From: Thermoplasmatota archaeon
GTDB taxonomy: Archaea; Thermoplasmatota; Poseidoniia; Poseidoniales; Poseidoniaceae
Assembly: GCA_036160375.1 (NCBI GenBank)
Contig: JAYYDY010000035.1
Location: forward strand, 13,033-77,032
Length of the DNA stretch: 64,000 nt
Reading direction: 5' to 3'
The stretch's first letter is position 1, and the number at the start of each line of letters is the position of its first letter. Under the pieces are notes generated by a model. The model worked only from the letters and a program-made list of their open reading frames with translations, was not told where the DNA came from and did no database searches. Shown in pieces: positions 31,122 to 40,974 of this stretch. The translations under genes and the position numbers were made by a program.

Positions 31122-32435
31122 TCAGGCGGCTTCCTCTTCGAAGTCCTTTTCTTCGCTCGTTGGTTTGGAGCCGATCCATTCAGAGTCCACTTCGCCACCA
31201 CTCCACTCGCCATCGAGTGAAATTTCGTTGATTTCGTGCTCTTCTCTCCACACCTTTTCCTCAAGACTTCCATTGACAATAAACTGCCCGTTCTCATCGA
31301 TCTGTTCCTCAAGCAGGCCAAAATGTTTGGAGATGGGCAAAAAATGTCCGACGGGCATTCCGGCTGCCGTAAACGGGTTCGTGGCCGCACCGATGATCAG
31401 ACCGTCTTCAGGTGCGACGATGTCAACCGACATGCCAGGCGTGGCGGGGTCGGAGATGGTCGCCACGACTTCACCCTCTCGCATAACGCTCCCCGCTTGG
31501 ACGAACATGTCGAGCAGTCCGCCCTCGGCGGCACGCAGCCACGTTGAGCCGCTGGCCATGATTCGGAATTTGGGCCGTTGAGGGTTGCCGGGTACCATGC
31601 GCATCGAACGCAGGGCGTTCATGACACCGTGAACGGCCACCTTGACCGAGAGGTCGCCCAGCGAATCAGCTCCGCCGCCCTCGTAGGTGACCACCGGGAT
31701 GTCTGCGGCGTTGCCTGTACGTCGCAACGTCCCTTTGGAGGGGACCGAGTCAAGGATGATTTCAATGCCGAAGGATTTGGCGAGTAAGTAGGAACTTGTA
31801 TGAGTGAGATCGCAACGAACCTGCGGCATGTTCCGTCGTCCTTTGGCTGCGCTGTGCAGGTCGATGATGGCGTCGCTGTCTTCGACCAGGTGCGTCCAGA
31901 CTTGATGGGCGACTCGCCGTGTTGTCGACCCACCCGGGTCGCCTGGAAATTGTCGGTTGAGGTCCCTTCCGTCTGGGAAGTACCTCGATTTCATGCGGTA
32001 GCCGGGGAGGTTCACGATGGGAACGATGCGCAGCGTGCCGGCGAGGCTTTTGGGGTCGAGGGGCTTTCCCTCATCCGTGAAGGCATTGCTCAGGAGGTGA
32101 GTGCAAGCGGAGGGGCCGGTCAATTCATCGCCGTGGATGCCGCCAATGACCGTGATGCAAGGACCCGGTCTTGAACCGTGAATGATGGTCACCGGGATGG
32201 GCCACGCATCACCAAGGCTGACGTTGAGCAAAGGAAGGTGCACGGTTCGAAGTGTCCCTGGTTTGATGCGCTTTCGGTAGAACCGGATATCGCCCCATTC
32301 GGAGGTCCGGTCCCATTCAGGCCGGTCTTCGGTTTGATGTTCCTTCATGGCCTCTTCGATGGCCATTCGGCGTCGTTTGGGGAGTTCATGTGCCACGCGC
32401 ACCTTGCGGACGGTTTTCTTCTTCCGCCCGCTCAT
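31122..32435 (-). CDS. succinylglutamate desuccinylase/aspartoacylase (AstE/AspA) family zinc hydrolase
   Basis: IGGIHGDELTG, DLNRQFPG and DLHS motifs of the AstE/AspA M14-like family. Acidic C-terminal tail. Confidence 0.7.
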   Translation of the reverse strand: MSGRKKKTVRKVRVAHELPKRRRMAIEEAMKEHQTEDRPEWDRTSEWGDIRFYRKRIKPGTLRTVHLPLLNVSLGDAWPIPVTIIHGSRPGPCITVIGGIHGDELTGPSACTHLLSNAFTDEGKPLDPKSLAGTLRIVPIVNLPGYRMKSRYFPDGRDLNRQFPGDPGGSTTRRVAHQVWTHLVEDSDAIIDLHSAAKGRRNMPQVRCDLTHTSSYLLAKSFGIEIILDSVPSKGTLRRTGNAADIPVVTYEGGGADSLGDLSVKVAVHGVMNALRSMRMVPGNPQRPKFRIMASGSTWLRAAEGGLLDMFVQAGSVMREGEVVATISDPATPGMSVDIVAPEDGLIIGAATNPFTAAGMPVGHFLPISKHFGLLEEQIDENGQFIVNGSLEEKVWREEHEINEISLDGEWSGGEVDSEWIGSKPTSEEKDFEEEAA

Positions 32436-32519
32436 GCATTTCCCACGCCCCTGCCCGTCATCAACGCTCCGTTTTTCCTAGTGGGAAGAACCATGAATCG
32501 TGTCGTGGGTTTGTAATCC

Positions 32520-32987
32520 ATGAGTGAACTCGGTGTGCAACGAACCTACGCTCCCACTTCGATTTGTTTTGGCTGCGGCCCAGCCAACGAACATGGTCTG
32601 CAGATCGATTCATTCCGAACAGCTGACGGCCTGACCATGGACTTCATGCCAGCCGACCACCATCAGGCGTTCCCTGGCATGATCAACGGCGGCATCATCG
32701 GAACACTGCTCGACTGTCATGGGAATTGGGCTGCTGCCATTGCGCTCATGGATGCACAAGGCCTTGATGAGCCACCTTGCACCGTAACGGCTTCCTACGA
32801 TGTCCAACTTCGTCGCCCTACGCCTCACGGTGCGACCTTGACGGTGAACGCCACGCCAACCGAGGTGCTGGACGACAGGGTTCGGGTCGCACTGACCTTG
32901 GAGGCTGAAGGCAAGGTGTGTGCCACGGGGAGCGGCCTCTTCGTGGCTGTGAAGGAAGGGCACCCCGCCTATCATCGATGGTCCTGA
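32520..32987 (+). CDS. hotdog-fold thioesterase (PaaI/YbgC-like)
   Basis: CFGCGPANEHGL and GG..GTLLD are typical of the 4HBT/PaaI thioesterase family. 155 aa. Confidence 0.6.
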   Translation: MSELGVQRTYAPTSICFGCGPANEHGLQIDSFRTADGLTMDFMPADHHQAFPGMINGGIIGTLLDCHGNWAAAIALMDAQGLDEPPCTVTASYDVQLRRPTPHGATLTVNATPTEVLDDRVRVALTLEAEGKVCATGSGLFVAVKEGHPAYHRWS

Positions 32988-32996
32988 GGCCGTGGC

Positions 32997-33527
32997 ATGC
33001 CTCGACCATCGGCTCAGCAACAGCATGAACTGGATGCGCTGCAGGTGGAGGTGCTGGCGGAGATGACGGCCATCGGAATGCTGGACGAGGATGGTCGCCG
33101 ACGTTTGGACGCCGTTCCGCTGGGTGTTTTGCGGTCGAACGCCACACAACGCCACGGCGTGACGCGCTGGAGCAGGGACGGACAAGGCCATCTGAGGGTC
33201 GATGTGGTCGACTTGAATCCTCATCTACTCAACGATAACTGGCGAGACTATGCAGCCTTCGTGCTGTTCCATGAATACCTCCATGTTTTGGGCCATCGCG
33301 CTCACGACCGCACCTTCAGGGCCTTGGAAGCGCGTTGGCCTCACACGACAGCGGCGGCTCGTGGAAAAGCGTTCACGCACGCAAGAAGGCTTGCGAGGGC
33401 CTCATGGCATTGGGTGTGCCAGACCTGCGACGAGCGCTACCCTCGGCAGCGAAAAGGCAGCGGGCGGTACATGTGCAGGCGGTGCAAAACGGTGCTCAAG
33501 GACGTGCCCAGCCGGGACATTGAATGA
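32997..33527 (+). CDS. SprT-like zinc metalloprotease domain protein with C-terminal zinc ribbon
   Basis: FVLFHEYLHVLGHRAH is an HExxH-x-H zincin motif. CQTCDERY...YMCRRCKTVL is a C4 ribbon. 176 aa. Confidence 0.5.
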   Translation: MPRPSAQQQHELDALQVEVLAEMTAIGMLDEDGRRRLDAVPLGVLRSNATQRHGVTRWSRDGQGHLRVDVVDLNPHLLNDNWRDYAAFVLFHEYLHVLGHRAHDRTFRALEARWPHTTAAARGKAFTHARRLARASWHWVCQTCDERYPRQRKGSGRYMCRRCKTVLKDVPSRDIE

Positions 33528-35596
33528 AATACTGCGACTTGACCCTCCGACCGATGAAGCAGGTGCCGGCTCACCCCGTCCGATGCGCCGTGTTCGTTGC
33601 GTGCCTGCTGACGCTGTTGGCTCATCCGTTCGTTCCGGCCGCTTCTGCTGGTTTGACCGAAGACGAAGGAGACCTGTTCTTATCCTGCCTGGCCGACAAC
33701 GATTGTGTCCTTTCACCCACGCCTGTTGGTGAGGAACAGGTCTCGGACCAGACCTTTGCCAACATCGTGCAGCCCGAAACCGTCGTCTTTGAATTCATCA
33801 TGAGCCCAGGCCAAGACCACATTGCCCTCCTGCCCGAATTCATGGATGCCCTCGAAATTGATTTCAAACATCAGACCGAAGCAGGGAGCTTGTTTCGTCC
33901 AGCGATGGATGTTCGATTGATCCTCGGTGAGAACGTCAACGAGTGGTCCTTTGAAGCAAGCACGCTTCCTGAGGTTGCAGCCACACCGTACATGCTGGAG
34001 GACGAGCCTCTCGACACGTCGGCTGGCAGGGTGCTGTGGGAGGATGAGAGCGTCCGATTGCTGATCACGGTGACCCTTGATCGGCCAGGCACGTGGTCGT
34101 TGAACATGCGAGGTGCCTCGTTTCTTCAACTGGACATCCCGTGGTCGATGAACGCAGCGGAAGTGAACATGGACGAGCCCTCATCCCGGACGCAGCCGGT
34201 CTCCACGGCCTTTGAAGACCTTCACCGAGGTGCATTGGTTGGTGCCGACCACGATTGTTGGGCTTTTGAGGTTGAAGATCACGAAGTGCTCCGATTGCTG
34301 GTGGAGTGGGAACTTGTTCCCATCGAAATTGAGCAACCACATCCGATTCCTGATTTGATCACGGCGGCTGGACGGCTCTCACCCACCCCCGAGGTCGTGG
34401 TCGACGATGACGGTGAATCCCTGCGCATCACCTACCGCTGGCGAGCCCTTCCAACCGGCGACTACACGTTGTGCATGCACGGTTCACCCGACAAAATCCA
34501 ACCCTACACGTGGACGGGTGTCTTCGGTTACGAAGGAACAGGTCCGACCGATCCCACGGAGTTCACCTCAGCAAGCTACTACCCGCAAGGAGCAGCCCTC
34601 GTTGGAAACATCGACGAGCCCTTGGAGTTGAACGACCAAGGCGTCGGTCTGTTGTTGGTGTCGCTTCTGATGCTCGGCGTGTTCATGTTTGTCGCCTTTC
34701 GACCGACGACCGCTTACGCTGTTCGATTCGGCTTGTTCGTGCCGGGCGTTCTGTTGCTGGTTGTCGGCGGCGTTCTCAACCCCGCTGCGGCCATGTTCAA
34801 TCAGGTTCAACACCCTGAGGAGATCACCGTTGATGAGCTCATCGACATGCGGCTTCAGCAACTTTGGGATGTCTCAGCGGAAGGTGTGCCCGAGCAAACG
34901 CTTGCGACCCACACGGGCGCGACGTTGGGTATGTTGGAGGGGGAACGCCTTCGCCTCAAACTTGACATCGGCCAAGCCATTCCCCTCGAGGATGGTCGAT
35001 GGCAACTCGTGGTTCCTGAACTGGATTCGCTGCGTTTGGACCAGGCCATCTTCGGCCAAGTGGCTGAAGGTGAGACCTACACCACGCAGGAAGGAATGCT
35101 CGAAGCGCAAACCGTCCGATTCATTCTTCTTGCAAGCCGGGCGTTGCTGCTCGACCTCATGATGCTCGAGGCGCTGCTGGTGGTGGATGACGCTCCTTCA
35201 TCGTCTGTCTTTCACATCGATACTGAGATGGTCGCCGCTCCGGCAAGCGGCTCGCTTTCAGCACCTGCCTGGGCCACCCGGCCCTCAACGGTCGACGCGA
35301 ACGACTGGGTTCGGCTTCAAACGGCCCTGTTCCCCGAGCGCATTACCATCTCGCTGTGCGATTGTGATCTTGATTTGCTCGATGTGAATTTCATTCCACC
35401 CAACGGCTTCGACAGCAGGGACGTCCTTCCTTCATGGGGGATTGAGAGCGCCGATGGATTCGTTCCGTACGGTGGAGGGTTGATGTTGGTCGGTCTGAGC
35501 CTTGGGTTGTTGGCCACGTGGATGGAAGTCCAACGCAAGTCAAGGGCAGAAGCCCTGGCTCGTGATTATGCTCCCGAGTCCAACCAATGGACCTGA
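33524..35596 (+). CDS. large secreted/polytopic membrane protein (hypothetical)
   Basis: Signal-like N-terminus (VRCAVFVACLLTLLAHPFVPAASA), a roughly 330-aa ectodomain, two internal TM helices and a C-terminal TM helix. Its start overlaps the SprT-like stop (an alternative Met is at 33554). Confidence 0.4.
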   Translation: MKYCDLTLRPMKQVPAHPVRCAVFVACLLTLLAHPFVPAASAGLTEDEGDLFLSCLADNDCVLSPTPVGEEQVSDQTFANIVQPETVVFEFIMSPGQDHIALLPEFMDALEIDFKHQTEAGSLFRPAMDVRLILGENVNEWSFEASTLPEVAATPYMLEDEPLDTSAGRVLWEDESVRLLITVTLDRPGTWSLNMRGASFLQLDIPWSMNAAEVNMDEPSSRTQPVSTAFEDLHRGALVGADHDCWAFEVEDHEVLRLLVEWELVPIEIEQPHPIPDLITAAGRLSPTPEVVVDDDGESLRITYRWRALPTGDYTLCMHGSPDKIQPYTWTGVFGYEGTGPTDPTEFTSASYYPQGAALVGNIDEPLELNDQGVGLLLVSLLMLGVFMFVAFRPTTAYAVRFGLFVPGVLLLVVGGVLNPAAAMFNQVQHPEEITVDELIDMRLQQLWDVSAEGVPEQTLATHTGATLGMLEGERLRLKLDIGQAIPLEDGRWQLVVPELDSLRLDQAIFGQVAEGETYTTQEGMLEAQTVRFILLASRALLLDLMMLEALLVVDDAPSSSVFHIDTEMVAAPASGSLSAPAWATRPSTVDANDWVRLQTALFPERITISLCDCDLDLLDVNFIPPNGFDSRDVLPSWGIESADGFVPYGGGLMLVGLSLGLLATWMEVQRKSRAEALARDYAPESNQWT

Positions 35597-36214
35597 TCAG
35601 TTGCCTTCGGTTTTCTCGAGTTGGTCGCTGACCGCCTTCGCTGTGTCCGCTTCCGTCATGTTGGCGGCTTTGGCGGCGGCCTCAATGGATTTGGCTTCAT
35701 CAGCTGTGATTTCTCCATCGGCAGCAGCGGATTTGATGGCGGCCTTGACGTTCAAATCAGCAGCTTCTTGGTCGCTGATGCCGAGCGCTGCCTGGAAGGA
35801 TTTGAGTTCCTTGAGTTCAGCTTCCGTGATCACACCATCCTCCCACGCCGACTCGTAGGCGTGGACCAAGAATTCCTTGTAGGCTTCTTGGTTGAGAAGA
35901 ACATCCCGAATCAAGCCAGTATCAACGCCCTGGTCGTTGTTGACCATGTCGAGGAGGGCGATGGAGCGACGCACCTCTTTGACGGCCATGTCTTTGAGTC
36001 CGTGGCCTGCCCATACTGCTCCTGCGGCGACAACAGCCGCTGCAAACCAGCGCATGATGTCGGGGTCGACGAGGTTGCCCGGCTCGACGAGGTGAAAGAT
36101 GCCCAACACAGCCATGGCGGCACCGCACATGACCTCGACCCAATCATTGAGATCGGGTTCGTCATCAAACACCGAAAGTCGTTCTTCGACCATGGCATCT
36201 CGTTCGTCGCTCAT
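35597..36214 (-). CDS. membrane protein with TerB-like repeats (hypothetical)
   Basis: TM helices (AAMAVLGIFHLV, WFAAAVVAAGAVWAG). Repeated DG.IT..E.K.. motifs (DGVITEAELKELKSF, DGEITADEAKSIEAA) are reminiscent of TerB/DjlA-N. Start taken at Met48 of the track ORF. Confidence 0.3.
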   Translation of the reverse strand: MSDERDAMVEERLSVFDDEPDLNDWVEVMCGAAMAVLGIFHLVEPGNLVDPDIMRWFAAAVVAAGAVWAGHGLKDMAVKEVRRSIALLDMVNNDQGVDTGLIRDVLLNQEAYKEFLVHAYESAWEDGVITEAELKELKSFQAALGISDQEAADLNVKAAIKSAAADGEITADEAKSIEAAAKAANMTEADTAKAVSDQLEKTEGN

Positions 36215-36302
36215 GCATTGACCACGCACAGGTGGGACTTCTAAGTGTCGGCAATGAACGCGGGGCGTTGTCCTTTTGAACCGCTGCCCGATATGAGGCG
36301 AT

Positions 36303-38900
36303 ATGGAGGTGGCAGAACGAGCGGTTTCATCGCTGGATTTGCCAGCCCGCTTCACGAAGTTCCTGACGCAAGCGTGGGGGATTCAACAACTCCATCCACC
36401 ACAGGCTGAAGCCGCCCCGTCCATCCTTGCCGGTGACAACACCTTGGTGGCGATCCCGACGGCTTCAGGAAAGTCACTTCTTGCCTACATGGGCATGGTC
36501 AAGCGGATTTCCGAGGGCCATTCACGCTCAAAGGCCATTTACATCGTGCCCCTGAAGGCGCTGGCGATGGAGAAGTACGAGGATTTGAGCGCCATCGCTG
36601 GAGCGATGGGTTGGTCCGTGGGGCTGGGCATTGGCGATGCAACAGCGGAGGCCAAGAACATCGATGAATGCAACATCCTGGTGTGCACCTCTGAGAAACT
36701 GGATTCCCTTCTCCGCCACCGTGCGGAACTGGTGTCAGACGTGTGCTGCGTCGTTGCGGATGAGTTTCACCTGATGAACGACGGGACCCGTGGTCCAACG
36801 TTGGAAATTAATCTGACCCGCCTTCGTCACATCAAGCCCGATGCGCAAATCATTGCGCTCTCGGCCACGGTTGGCAATTCACCGGACCTCGCTTCGTGGC
36901 TTGATGCGACGTTGATTCAGTCCGACTGGCGCCCGGTCGCCCTTGAGTACGCTACGTTTCACGATTTTCATATTGAACCGCGCAAAATCCAATCCCCGGG
37001 TGACGATGGTGATCATGGGAAATTGAGCCCTCCACGGGACCTTGAGGGGTTGAAGAGTCATCCGGTGTGGAGCGTTGTGGACGACGGCCTGACGCAAGGT
37101 GCACAAGTGTTGATGTTCGTGGGCACACGGAGAAGCGCTCAATCCGAGGCCAAGAATTTGGCGAAACGGGTTCGCAAACGCCTCGAGAAAGAAAACCCGG
37201 AGCGCCTATCCGCTCTCAAGGAACTGGCTGAGAAGTTGACCGGCCGAAGCCAATCCAATCTCGCCGAGCAGTTGGCCACTTGCCTCTCTTCTGGGGTTGG
37301 CTTTCACCACGCAGGCCTCACCAATGCCCAGCGGAAGGACGTGGAAGCGGCGTTCAAAGACGGCCTGCTGGTGGCGCTCACCGCCACGCCAACCTTGGCT
37401 GCAGGCGTGAACCTCCCAGCCAGACGCGTGCTGGTGCGAGACCTCAAGCGGTGGGACGACGGGATGAGTCGCCCGTTACCTGTCATGGAAGTCCGTCAGA
37501 TGCTCGGTCGTGCGGGGCGGCCAAAGTACGACACCAAAGGAGAAGCGTGGGTCTACTGCAAGGGCACGGACGGATGGGAAGTCGCCGACGCAGTGTCGGA
37601 TCGGTACTTCTTTGGCCCCATCGAAGACATCTCTTCCAAATTGGCTTCCGAACCTGCGCTTCGGATGCACGTCCTTGCCAGCATTGCCACGGGGGGCCTC
37701 GTCCACAAGGGATCGATTGAGCACTTCTTTTCATCCACGTTTCTCGGAGCCTCCATGCCCCCTTCCCAACTCAGGGAGCGGCTCACGAGCATGCTTGACT
37801 GGCTGGTTGAGGAGCGATTTGTCAGACGATGCGGCCCCGATGAGCACTTCACGCCCTCATGGGCCAATGCTTCCGTTGATGAGGATGAGGCGTGGGATGA
37901 CACCGTTCCAACATGGGCCACCAGCGCCCATCACACGCAAGGCGTGTCCTGGGAACCTGAACGGCCTGGAGCCAAGCCTCTCACACGTGCAAGCAGCGCC
38001 CATCCAACGCCTTCTTTCGGTTTTTCGAGGGCGACTTCACTCGAACAAACGGGTGGTTGGGTTCAACCGGTCGCTGAAGACGGCCCCGACATGCGCTACG
38101 AGGCGACGGCCATGGGTGAGCGAGTGACCCAATTGTACCTCGACCCGCTCTCGGCTTCCATTCTTCGGCGTGGGCTTCGCAGGGCTGTCAGGCGTTGTGT
38201 TCGAAAGGATGCACCTGTCTCTGATTTTGGGTTCCTGCATCTGGCGGTTGCCACCCCAGATTTTGTCTCGCTCTGGGCAAAATCAGCCGACTTTGAAGTC
38301 AACTCGCCCACGTGGTTGAAGGCCAATGCAACGGAAGATGAACTCCTCGTTGAGCCGGGCTATGCTGAGGCGATGCTGAGCGACATCAAGTCGGCTTGGA
38401 TGGTTGAAGAATGGACCGAAGAGACCACGTTGAGGCAACTGGAGAAGGAGTTGGATGTTCTCCCAGGGGACGTTCATCATCGAATCGATTTGATGGGCTG
38501 GCTCTTGGCGGGAGCTCAACAAGTCTTGCTGACCGATGACGTGTTTGCTGACGAGCACCTCCCTGTCGTCGCAGACCTCGTCCAGCGCATCAGTACCCTC
38601 CAGCAACGCGTCCGACACGGGTGCAAGACCGATCTCTTGCAACTTGTCAACATTCGCCATGTCGGACGGCAACGTGCTCGCGAACTGGCAGCGTTAGGCC
38701 TGCGAGAACCGAACGATGTGCTCCGCATGTCGTCCAAGCAACGATCCACGCTTCTCGCTCAGCGTGGGTGGGGGCCGGTGCTTTTGGACAAAATTTTCAC
38801 TGAAATTGAGCGGGTGTTGAAACGGACAACAGGCACCTCCAAACCATCCGGAAGGGGTGACGATGCTCCGCTTGAAGGCGAACGCTCTGAGCATGATTGA
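36303..38900 (+). CDS. hel308: Hel308/Hjm Ski2-like DNA helicase
   Basis: Motif I AIPTASGKS, II DEFH, III SAT, VI QMLGRAGRPKYDTKGEAWV. C-terminal winged-helix and ratchet domains. 865 aa. Confidence 0.85.
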   Translation: MEVAERAVSSLDLPARFTKFLTQAWGIQQLHPPQAEAAPSILAGDNTLVAIPTASGKSLLAYMGMVKRISEGHSRSKAIYIVPLKALAMEKYEDLSAIAGAMGWSVGLGIGDATAEAKNIDECNILVCTSEKLDSLLRHRAELVSDVCCVVADEFHLMNDGTRGPTLEINLTRLRHIKPDAQIIALSATVGNSPDLASWLDATLIQSDWRPVALEYATFHDFHIEPRKIQSPGDDGDHGKLSPPRDLEGLKSHPVWSVVDDGLTQGAQVLMFVGTRRSAQSEAKNLAKRVRKRLEKENPERLSALKELAEKLTGRSQSNLAEQLATCLSSGVGFHHAGLTNAQRKDVEAAFKDGLLVALTATPTLAAGVNLPARRVLVRDLKRWDDGMSRPLPVMEVRQMLGRAGRPKYDTKGEAWVYCKGTDGWEVADAVSDRYFFGPIEDISSKLASEPALRMHVLASIATGGLVHKGSIEHFFSSTFLGASMPPSQLRERLTSMLDWLVEERFVRRCGPDEHFTPSWANASVDEDEAWDDTVPTWATSAHHTQGVSWEPERPGAKPLTRASSAHPTPSFGFSRATSLEQTGGWVQPVAEDGPDMRYEATAMGERVTQLYLDPLSASILRRGLRRAVRRCVRKDAPVSDFGFLHLAVATPDFVSLWAKSADFEVNSPTWLKANATEDELLVEPGYAEAMLSDIKSAWMVEEWTEETTLRQLEKELDVLPGDVHHRIDLMGWLLAGAQQVLLTDDVFADEHLPVVADLVQRISTLQQRVRHGCKTDLLQLVNIRHVGRQRARELAALGLREPNDVLRMSSKQRSTLLAQRGWGPVLLDKIFTEIERVLKRTTGTSKPSGRGDDAPLEGERSEHD

Positions 38901-39493
38901 AAGCGTTGAACCTGCTGGACTTGCTGATGAGCCCCTCTCCGTTTCCTCTTGCCAACGTTCAGCTCAACGGGGAAGGTCCAAAGGAAGCCATTGACCGTTT
39001 TCTCAACCACCGCCCCTCCGAACGGTGGGTGTTGTTGGGTGGCCATGCTGCGCAGGGTATGGACCAGTTGTGGGCGGCTTGGATTCAAGCCACACGCAAT
39101 GAATTGAGAGGCGCCATGGTGGCTCGGAGCATTGACGCAGAGTTCCTTCGATACCTCGCCGGGACTCACCACATTTCGGAAGCCTTCGCCCGTGCAGGCC
39201 TTCAACCGGGTCAGCAGGACGCTTGGGTTGTGTACCTCCCTGAGGCCAAGGGCGTGGCCAATGATTTGGGTCATGTCCAACCTGTCGCCATCCTGCCTGC
39301 GTCGTTTCAAGATGATGTCAACACCCTCTGTTCGCTGCTGGTTTGGCTGCCACAGGATGTTGAAGCATCTTATTCTATAGAGGGTGCAAGCATGTTGGGG
39401 GTCGACGTTGAAGGCTGGCCGAAGGACAGGGAAGAGGAAGCCTTGGTGGCTCACATCTTGATGGCGGACGACCAAAGTTCCTCGCACCGATGA
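38897..39493 (+). CDS. hypothetical protein coupled to hel308
   Basis: The 4-nt start/stop overlap with hel308 is the only evidence beyond the ORF itself. No motif recognised. Confidence 0.3.
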   Translation: MKALNLLDLLMSPSPFPLANVQLNGEGPKEAIDRFLNHRPSERWVLLGGHAAQGMDQLWAAWIQATRNELRGAMVARSIDAEFLRYLAGTHHISEAFARAGLQPGQQDAWVVYLPEAKGVANDLGHVQPVAILPASFQDDVNTLCSLLVWLPQDVEASYSIEGASMLGVDVEGWPKDREEEALVAHILMADDQSSSHR

Positions 39494-39530
39494 TGGGAGG
39501 GTTGAAAGGCTCCTTCGTTGTCCAAAGCCC

Positions 39531-40973
39531 ATGGTCATGGCAGCGAAGCAAAATGACGGGCACCGACCGACATCGGGGCGATACCTCGACCAAGAAAAAG
39601 TTCGGAAGGCACTTGACGCAGCCACCGCCCACGGGGCGAGTTATGCAGAGGTCCGTGTCGTTGCGTTGACCGAATCAACGGTGGCCATGCGCGACGGCGT
39701 GCTCGAACGAGCCATTCCCGGGCAGGAACTTGGCATGACGCTTCGTGTGCTTGCCGACGGCGCATGGGGCGTCCATTCGACGACGGACATCGCCTCGCTT
39801 GCCGACCAAATCGAATCCACCACACGGCTGGCGAAGGCCGTTGCAAAGCGCCGTTCGCCTGGCGAACGGCCCAAAGCCCTGGCAGAAGTCCCGATCATCG
39901 AAGACGAAACCCACTGGCGTTCAGTCCTCGACGTCCGTCATACCGAGCTTGACGAAAAAATGAACCTCATGAACGACCTCTACAAGGGTGCGACCGGTCA
40001 CGACGATGTCGTCTCCGTACGCACCGGTTGGAGCGACGAACACATCCACACCGAACTCATGACCACCGAGGGCATGGACCGCGTGTGGTCCTTCCAACGC
40101 TCCCTCATTCACGGAATGGTCACCGCCCGAAGAGACGGTGAAGTGGTCTCCTACCGAACCCGACATGGGGGCCAAGGTGGCCTGGAAGTGATTCATGGCT
40201 GCGACCTTGTTGAACTGGGCGAAGCAGCACAGCGAGCTGCGCTCCGACTGCTGGATGCTGAACGTGCACCTTCCGGTAAACTCCCGCTCATTGCGGACAA
40301 GGATCTCACCGGGGTCTACATTCACGAAGCCTTGGGCCATCCGTGCGAGGCCGATTTGGTGGCAGCGGGCGATTCTTGTTTGGATGGAAAACTCGGGCAA
40401 AAGATTGGCAACGAATTGGTCACCGTGGTCGATGACCCCACCATGATGGGTGGTTATGGCGCCTATCCCGTGGACGATGAAGGCGTGAACACCCGAGAAA
40501 AAGTCCTCATCAAAAACGGCGTGCTGACCGAGTACCTCAATCACAGGGAAACGGCCCATCACTTCGATGTTGACCCCAACGGAGGTGCACGAGCCCAAGA
40601 CGGCCTCCATCACCCCCTTGTTCGAATGAGCAACACCATGATTCAGGGCGGCACCCATGCTGACATTGACGAACTGATGGAAGACATTCAGTACGGCGTC
40701 TATGCCTGCGGAACCCGTGGCGGGCAAGTGGACACCGGCCGAGGTTCGTTCCAATTTGCCGCCCAAGAAGCATGGCTCATCGAGAACGGCGAGTTGACGC
40801 GTCCGCTCAAGGATGTCAGCGTCAGTGGATTGACCCTTGAAATTCTCAACAACGTCAACGGTTTGACTCGAGACGCGTCCTTGGCGTCGCCAGGGTTCTG
40901 TGGAAAGGGGCAAACCGTCCCCGTCGGCGACGGCGGCCCCGTCATGCGAATCAGCGAAGCCTTGGTGGGATGA
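39531..40973 (+). CDS. tldD: TldD-family metalloprotease
   Basis: HEALGHPCEAD (HExxxH) and the GxC..GRGG region. 480 aa. Confidence 0.85.
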   Translation: MVMAAKQNDGHRPTSGRYLDQEKVRKALDAATAHGASYAEVRVVALTESTVAMRDGVLERAIPGQELGMTLRVLADGAWGVHSTTDIASLADQIESTTRLAKAVAKRRSPGERPKALAEVPIIEDETHWRSVLDVRHTELDEKMNLMNDLYKGATGHDDVVSVRTGWSDEHIHTELMTTEGMDRVWSFQRSLIHGMVTARRDGEVVSYRTRHGGQGGLEVIHGCDLVELGEAAQRAALRLLDAERAPSGKLPLIADKDLTGVYIHEALGHPCEADLVAAGDSCLDGKLGQKIGNELVTVVDDPTMMGGYGAYPVDDEGVNTREKVLIKNGVLTEYLNHRETAHHFDVDPNGGARAQDGLHHPLVRMSNTMIQGGTHADIDELMEDIQYGVYACGTRGGQVDTGRGSFQFAAQEAWLIENGELTRPLKDVSVSGLTLEILNNVNGLTRDASLASPGFCGKGQTVPVGDGGPVMRISEALVG

Positions 40974-40974
40974 C

